Assembly (NCBI GenBank): GCA_035758565.1
Contig: DASTXL010000001.1
Coordinates: forward strand, 11,242-75,241
Source: Candidatus Saccharimonadales bacterium
GTDB lineage: Bacteria; Patescibacteriota; Saccharimonadia; Saccharimonadales; UBA10212
Direction of reading: 5' to 3'
DNA: 64,000 nt
Under the pieces are notes generated by a model that was not told where the DNA came from, searched no databases, and saw only the letters and a program-made list of their open reading frames with translations. Position 1 is the stretch's first letter, and every line of letters begins with the position of its first letter. Made by a program: the position numbers and the translations under genes. Of this stretch, positions 59,165-64,000 are shown piece after piece.

Positions 59165-62100
59165 ATGAAGCGATACAATCCCAAAGAGATTGAGCCAAAA
59201 TGGCAGAGTGTTTGGCGCGAATCCGGCATTTATAAAACGGACATGAGTCGTACCAACGATAAGTTTTATGTAATTCCGATGTTGCCGTACCCGTCCGGCG
59301 ATTTGCACATTGGCCATTGGTATAACTTTGCTCCAACAGATACAGTCGCGCGCTTTCGCCGCATGCTGGGGCAGAACGTTTTCACGACCGTTGGCTTTGA
59401 TGCGTTTGGTTTGCCAGCCGAAAACGCGGCGATTAAACGCGGCATTCAACCGGCAGTCTGGACTTACGGCAATATCGCCACTATGACCAAGCAGCTGGAG
59501 CAAATTGGGGCCAGCTACGATTGGGGCCACAGCTTAGCCACTTGCAAGCCGGATTATTATCACTGGAATCAGTGGCTGTTTTTGCAACTTTATGAAAGGG
59601 GCTTAGCTTACCGCGCCAAAAGGGTAGTTAACTGGTGCCCCAAAGATCAGACGGTGTTAGCCAACGAGCAAGTTGTTGGCGAAGAGAACGTTTGCGAGCG
59701 CTGCGGCACGCCGGTTGTTCAAAAAGAACTAGAACAATGGTTCTTTAAGATCACCAACTATGCCGACCGCCTGCTGGACGATTTGGAAACTGTTGATTGG
59801 CCGGCCAAGGTCAAAACCATGCAGGAAAACTGGATTGGCAAAAGCAAAGGCGCCCTGATCGATTTTGAAGTGGCTAAATCTGATGCTCATAGCTCAGAAA
59901 AGCACAAGGAAGAGCCGAAGTGCGGACAAAGCGGTACAAAAGCGTACCGCGGAGAGAGCACTGGAGGATCTGACGCGGTGATTGCTGAGAGTGCCGGCAG
60001 TGTTTCCGGCTCTGCCGGAAAGCAGGACGGCACGGCTATGAGCGTCAGGGTTTTCACTACCAGGCCGGATACGATTTACGGTGCGACTTATATGGTCCTG
60101 GCGCCCGAACATCCGCTGGTGCTAAAAATCACCAGTGACGAATGCCGCGAGCGGGTTGAAAATTATATCGAAGAAACTAAGCGTAAAACCGAGCTGGAAA
60201 GAAAGGAAGGCGAAAAGCATAAAACAGGAAGCTTTACTGGTGCTTATGCCATCAACCCGGCAACCAAGAAAAAGATTCCGATCTGGATTGCTGATTATGT
60301 ACTGGCGAGCTACGGTACCGGTGCAATTATGGCGGTACCGGCGCACGACGAACGCGACTGGGAATTTGCTAAAAAGTTCGACCTGGACATCCAGCCGGTT
60401 GTGGCGCCAATTGTGACCGACAAAGATCATCCGCCCAGGAGCGACAAAGAAAACACTCAGCGCAACGTGGCTATGTGTTTGGTTAAGCATCCTAAAAACG
60501 ATGAGATCATTACTTTAAAATGGCCTAAGTTTGGCTGGCGCGGCTTGGTAACCGGCGGCGTAGAAAAAGGCGAAGATTTAATCGAAGCCGCCGAGCGCGA
60601 AATCACAGAAGAAACCGGCTATAAAAACATGAAGCTGGTCGGCCGCGTACCTTATCCGATTAATTCGCTGTTTTACGCCGAGCACAAAGACGTTAACCGT
60701 GATGTGTTTATGAACATCATGATGTTTGAACTGACCGACTTAGAACAAGTGGCTACCAAAAAAGAAGCTCACGAAGATTTTGAAGCTGAGTGGTGGCCAT
60801 TAAATAAAATTAGCGAGCTATGGCCAGTGTCTGAGCTAGAGTATATTATCGCCTGGCTAAAAAACGGCGACCAAGCTTATGCTGGCGAAGGTACCATGAT
60901 AAATTCCGGTAAATACGACCGCATGAGCTCGGCCGAAGCTCGGGAAAAAATCGTTGCCGATCTAGAAAAAGAAGGCATTGCCAAAGAGCAAACTAACTAC
61001 AAGTTGCGCGATTGGCTGATTAGCCGCCAGCGCTACTGGGGCACGCCGATTCCAATAATTTACTGTAACGACTGCGGCATGCAGACAGTGCCGGAAAAAG
61101 ACTTGCCGGTTATTTTGCCAGAAGATGTTGAATTCACGCCGACTGGACGCAATCCTTTGCTGGATAGACCAGACTTTGTTGGTACAACTTGTCCGAATTG
61201 CGGCAAACCAGCCAAGCGCGAGACCGACACCATGGATACTTTTGTCGATTCCAGCTGGTACTTCCTGCGCTATCTGGATAACAAAAATGATAAAGCGGCT
61301 TTTGATACAGAGCTAATTAACAAATGGATGCCGATGGACCACTACATTGGCGGTATCGAACACGCTATCTTGCACTTGCTATATGCCCGATTTGTCACTA
61401 AATTCTTGCACGATGAACATGGCCTAAATTTTGAAGAACCGTTCCGAAAATTAACCAATCAAGGTTTAATTTTGGGCCCTGACGGTCAAAAAATGAGCAA
61501 AAGCAAGGGTAACGTGATTAATCCGGACGAGCAGGTGACAGGTTACGGCGCCGACAGCCTACGGCTTTATTTAATGTTCATGGGTCCTTACGATCAAGGC
61601 GGGCCGTACTCTTTGGGTGGTATCGCCGGTACGCGCCGGTTCCTGGACCGCATTTGGACTTTGGTTGGCGAGTTTTTGGAAGCCCCAGCCGAAGCCAAAT
61701 CTAATATTAGCGAGACGGCTTTAATGGCTGCTACCCACCGTACTATTAAAAAAGTTACCCAAGACTTAGAAAAGCTGGGCTTTAACACCGCGATTGCTGC
61801 CATGATGAGCCTGGTTAACGAGCTATATAAACAAAAAGCGGCTAATGGTATCAGCCAAACTCCTGCCTGGCGCCAAAGCTTAGAAAGTTTAATTCAGTTG
61901 CTGGCGCCATTCGCGCCGCATATCACCGAAGAAATGTGGCTCGACATGGGCCATGAAGAATCGATCCATGTATCTAATTGGCCACTGTGGGACGAGAAGC
62001 TAGCCAAAGAAGAAATGATAACCCTGGCTGTTCAAATCAACGGCAAAGTCCGGGCTCAAATTACAGTTTCGGCCGACGCTAGCGAACAAGAAATCGTATC

Positions 62101-62194
62101 CGAAGCCAGGGAAGAAGCCGAGGAATATCTTGTCGGAAAAGAAGTCAAAAAAATAATCTACGTCCCTGGCCGCCTAGTTAGCTTAGTAGTCTAG
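59165..62194 (+). CDS. leuS: Leucyl-tRNA synthetase carrying two large in-frame insertions (low-complexity insert and NUDIX domain)
   Basis: HIGH (PYPSGDLHIGHWYNF), editing domain (VFTTRPDTIYGATY; AVPAHDERDWEFAKKF), LRDWLISRQRYWGTPIP, KMSKS (QKMSKSKGN). 1009 aa. Confidence 0.93.
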   Translation: MKRYNPKEIEPKWQSVWRESGIYKTDMSRTNDKFYVIPMLPYPSGDLHIGHWYNFAPTDTVARFRRMLGQNVFTTVGFDAFGLPAENAAIKRGIQPAVWTYGNIATMTKQLEQIGASYDWGHSLATCKPDYYHWNQWLFLQLYERGLAYRAKRVVNWCPKDQTVLANEQVVGEENVCERCGTPVVQKELEQWFFKITNYADRLLDDLETVDWPAKVKTMQENWIGKSKGALIDFEVAKSDAHSSEKHKEEPKCGQSGTKAYRGESTGGSDAVIAESAGSVSGSAGKQDGTAMSVRVFTTRPDTIYGATYMVLAPEHPLVLKITSDECRERVENYIEETKRKTELERKEGEKHKTGSFTGAYAINPATKKKIPIWIADYVLASYGTGAIMAVPAHDERDWEFAKKFDLDIQPVVAPIVTDKDHPPRSDKENTQRNVAMCLVKHPKNDEIITLKWPKFGWRGLVTGGVEKGEDLIEAAEREITEETGYKNMKLVGRVPYPINSLFYAEHKDVNRDVFMNIMMFELTDLEQVATKKEAHEDFEAEWWPLNKISELWPVSELEYIIAWLKNGDQAYAGEGTMINSGKYDRMSSAEAREKIVADLEKEGIAKEQTNYKLRDWLISRQRYWGTPIPIIYCNDCGMQTVPEKDLPVILPEDVEFTPTGRNPLLDRPDFVGTTCPNCGKPAKRETDTMDTFVDSSWYFLRYLDNKNDKAAFDTELINKWMPMDHYIGGIEHAILHLLYARFVTKFLHDEHGLNFEEPFRKLTNQGLILGPDGQKMSKSKGNVINPDEQVTGYGADSLRLYLMFMGPYDQGGPYSLGGIAGTRRFLDRIWTLVGEFLEAPAEAKSNISETALMAATHRTIKKVTQDLEKLGFNTAIAAMMSLVNELYKQKAANGISQTPAWRQSLESLIQLLAPFAPHITEEMWLDMGHEESIHVSNWPLWDEKLAKEEMITLAVQINGKVRAQITVSADASEQEIVSEAREEAEEYLVGKEVKKIIYVPGRLVSLVV
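59885..60043. repeat. Inverted-repeat-bounded, hairpin-rich 159-bp in-frame insertion in leuS
   Basis: GCTCATAGC (59885-93) and GCTATGAGC (60035-43) flank it. Internal hairpins are GCGGTAC/GTACCGC (59931-50) and TTTCCGGC tct GCCGGAAA (60003-21). It encodes about 50 low-complexity residues between FEVAKSD and MSVRVFTTRPDT. Confidence 0.8.
60404..60874 (+). other. NUDIX hydrolase domain embedded in LeuRS (residues ~414-570)
   Basis: Perfect Nudix box GGVEKGEDLIEAAEREITEETGY at nt 60554-60622. It is flanked by beta-strand-like segments (RNVAMCLVKHP..IITLKW; VFMNIMMFELT). Confidence 0.75.
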
Positions 62195-62314
62195 GGGAAG
62201 AGCAGCCCGACAAAATGTATTCCATTTTGCCGGCGCGATGAGAAACCCGCTTGCGGGTGTCTCATAAGGCGAAGCCGCATCTACGTCCCTGGCCGCCTAG
62301 TTAGCTTAGTTGTC
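62156..62314 (+). repeat. Direct duplication of the leuS 3' end (32 nt identical, 36 nt with one mismatch) flanking a two-hairpin insert
   Basis: ATCTACGTCCCTGGCCGCCTAGTTAGCTTAGT occurs at 62156-62187 and 62279-62310. Hairpins between are CGACAAAATG/CATTTTGCCG (62208-32) and ATGAGAAACCCGC/GCGGGTGTCTCAT (62238-65). The copy offset is 123 nt, or 41 codons. Confidence 0.85.
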
Positions 62315-62348
62315 GTTGGCTAAAGTTGTTTTTAAGAGGTAGATAAGC

Positions 62349-62354
62349 TATAAT
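62349..62354 (+). promoter_or_regulatory. -10 box TATAAT upstream of rpmF (SD-led)
   Basis: GCTATAAT ends at 62354. AAGGAG lies 10 nt upstream of ATG 62406. Confidence 0.45.
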
Positions 62355-62405
62355 CTAGCCAAGCTACAAAGGCAAAATAATCCCGAAATAAGGAGTAAAT
62401 ATTTC

Positions 62406-62555
62406 ATGGGTAAACCCAAAAAACGAACTAGTTCCCGCCGCAGCGGCAGCCGCCGCAGCCACTTGGTATTAAAGCTGGCCCGCCGCGTTAACGGCCTCAG
62501 CCCGGTAAAAGCTACTGTTGGCACCAAAAAGATTGGTAAAACCGCCTCAAAATAA
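62406..62555 (+). CDS. rpmF: 50S ribosomal protein L32 (Cys-less form)
   Basis: 49-aa ORF not in the supplied track: MGKPKKRTSSRRSGSRRSHLVLKLARRVN... It matches the L32 N-terminal K-R-R-T-S-x-x-R-x-x-x-R-R-x-H pattern and has a good SD. Confidence 0.6.
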   Translation: MGKPKKRTSSRRSGSRRSHLVLKLARRVNGLSPVKATVGTKKIGKTASK

Positions 62556-62796
62556 AGCTAGACCTTAGGTAGCCCAAAGTAAAACATAAGTTATACTGGA
62601 TAGAGGCCCAGTAAAAGGAAGATTAACAACATGGCAACAGGAATCCATTCCGCCGCTCACTTTCGGGCTGCAACCCCAACCTTTGGGCTGCAGAATCCAT
62701 TTTGCGCGTCGATGTACCTACGGGTACACCTTCTTGCAAAAATGGCTTCTTCGCTTCCAAACATTGGGTCTTCACCTTGCGAAAGGAGCAGACGAA

Positions 62797-63258
62797 ATGG
62801 CTTCTAATCGTCACTTAGGTCGGATAGTCGCCCTGCAAACTCTGTACGAGCAGGATTTTCGGCGCGAGTGTCAAGACGAGACCTTTGATCTTACCGAAGT
62901 AATGGCTCGCAACATAAGTCGTTACGATGAGATGATTGACGATAAGGACTTCATCGAACAATTGGTTCATGGTGTCGATAAGAAAGAGAAAGAGTTGGAT
63001 GATACTATCCGGCCCTTGGCGCCAGAATGGCCCATTGAGCAAATAGCCCGCATGGACCGTGTTATCTTGCGTATCGGCGCTTATGAACTGTTGTTTGAAA
63101 AAGACGTTCCGCCTAAGGTTGTAATCAATGAAGCTGTCGAACTAGCCAAAGCATTCGGCGGCGACAATTCCTCGAAATTCATCAACGGCGTTTTAGGTAG
63201 TGTTTTGCGTCAAAAAGAAGGCGAGCCTGCCGAAGCGCCACAACCCCAAAAGGACTAA
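62797..63258 (+). CDS. nusB: Transcription antitermination factor NusB
   Basis: GAAAGGAG SD upstream of ATG 62797. [13 protein letters not shown]..., [12 protein letters not shown] and [17 protein letters not shown]. Confidence 0.85.
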   Translation: MASNRHLGRIVALQTLYEQDFRRECQDETFDLTEVMARNISRYDEMIDDKDFIEQLVHGVDKKEKELDDTIRPLAPEWPIEQIARMDRVILRIGAYELLFEKDVPPKVVINEAVELAKAFGGDNSSKFINGVLGSVLRQKEGEPAEAPQPQKD

Positions 63259-63269
63259 GAAGAATTAAG

Positions 63270-63773
63270 ATGAAAAGACCAAAGCCAATCGCCGGCTTTA
63301 AAAAACTTGTGCATCGGCCTGGTATTCAGGAAGTTGTCCGCGAGCCAACCGCCGGCGGTATTGTTTACCGGCCAAGCAAAAAAAATCCTCAAACTGTCGA
63401 AATCCTACTAATCCAAGACAGCAAGGGTCGCTGGACCATTCCAAAAGGCCATATCGAAGAGGGTGAAACTGCCCGCCAGACCGCCCAGCGCGAAATTACC
63501 GAGGAAACCGGTCTAAAAGAGATGCAAGTGCTTGATTGGCTTGGCAAAATTAATTTTCGGTATCGCCGGGGCAACAGTCTGGTGCTGATGACTACCGAAA
63601 TCTTTTTAGTCAAAGCCCAGGGCAACACCGACGAAGTTAAGCCCGAAAAATGGATGACCAGTTTGGGTTGGCTGCCGGCTACCGATGCGCTTGAAAAAAT
63701 CGAATACGAAGACATCGGTAAGCTGATTTTGATAGCATTAAAGAAAATTAGAACGAATAATCAGGAGAAATAA
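63270..63773 (+). CDS. NUDIX hydrolase
   Basis: Nudix box PKGHIEEGETARQTAQREITEETGL. 167 aa. Confidence 0.85.
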   Translation: MKRPKPIAGFKKLVHRPGIQEVVREPTAGGIVYRPSKKNPQTVEILLIQDSKGRWTIPKGHIEEGETARQTAQREITEETGLKEMQVLDWLGKINFRYRRGNSLVLMTTEIFLVKAQGNTDEVKPEKWMTSLGWLPATDALEKIEYEDIGKLILIALKKIRTNNQEK

Positions 63774-63780
63774 CTGACCA

Positions 63781-64000
63781 ATGGACGTTAGTAAATACCA
63801 AGCTTTCGCCGACGATAAGTTCGGCGGAATAGCTAATATCAATCTGTTAATCACCGCCTTTACCCACCGCTCCTATATCAACGAGCACAAAAAGACCGCT
63901 GCCGCTCACAATGAGCGTCTAGAGTTTTTGGGCGACGCGGTACTTGAATTAGTTGTCACCGAATTTTTGTATGGCAACTATTCTGAGCCAGAAGGCATTT
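63781..64000 (+). CDS. rnc: Ribonuclease III, 3' end cut by window edge
   Basis: ATG 63781. FTHRSY and the RNase III signature [16 protein letters not shown]. The ORF is open to the end of the window. Confidence 0.85.
   Translation, partial: MDVSKYQAFADDKFGGIANINLLITAFTHRSYINEHKKTAAAHNERLEFLGDAVLELVVTEFLYGNYSEPEGI

Noticed and set aside
62683-62796. Listed nusB ORF start at 62683
   Set aside because: The 38 extra codons ([17 protein letters not shown]...) have no NusB similarity. ATG 62797 has a GAAAGGAG SD and begins the conserved N-terminus.

Overview
This 64-kb window is gene-dense. It holds about 75 protein genes, 9 tRNA genes (all with encoded CCA) and one tRNA fragment. I found no rRNA, CRISPR array, integrase or transposase. 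The backbone is roughly 40-52% G+C in hand-counted 60-nt lines. It carries housekeeping clusters: mnmA-alaS; ftsA-ruvX-mltG; a LysM/CHAP hydrolase; obg-sbcB; uvrA; rplY; trhO-uvrC; secG; ligA-rdgB; murF-ddl; leuS; rpmF; and nusB-nudix-rnc. Several traits point to a Patescibacteria/CPR genome, most plausibly Saccharibacteria-like: a short AlaRS, many small membrane or secreted proteins, peptidoglycan genes without biosynthetic pathways, and -10 boxes a few nt from start codons. That assignment is an inference and is not verified. The observations most worth a second look are these. (1) leuS encodes a 1009-aa LeuRS with a complete NUDIX domain (perfect Nudix box) inserted after the editing domain. 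It also has a second in-frame, inverted-repeat-bounded, hairpin-rich 159-bp insertion. Its last 32 nt are duplicated 123 nt downstream around a two-hairpin insert that stays open in frame behind a single TAG. (2) Three single-gene islands of about 63-67% G+C sit in the lower-GC backbone: a 143-aa membrane protein, a PG-binding L,D-transpeptidase, and a ~1050-aa beta-helix/cadherin-like/FN3 surface protein. None has mobility genes. They are compatible with acquisition from a high-GC (actinobacterial) partner. (3) Conserved upstream and downstream structured modules flank several tRNA genes, and there is a tRNA-Ala 5' fragment. (4) mnmA carries perfect in-frame palindromes. (5) A 420-bp convergent intergenic region has nested long-range pairings and may be a structured RNA. 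(6) TGnTATAAT boxes lie 6-8 nt from start codons at many genes, the pattern expected for leaderless mRNAs. (7) A P-loop kinase-CYTH fusion sits next to a wHTH-NUDIX protein. All function calls come from motif recognition by eye; no database search was possible.
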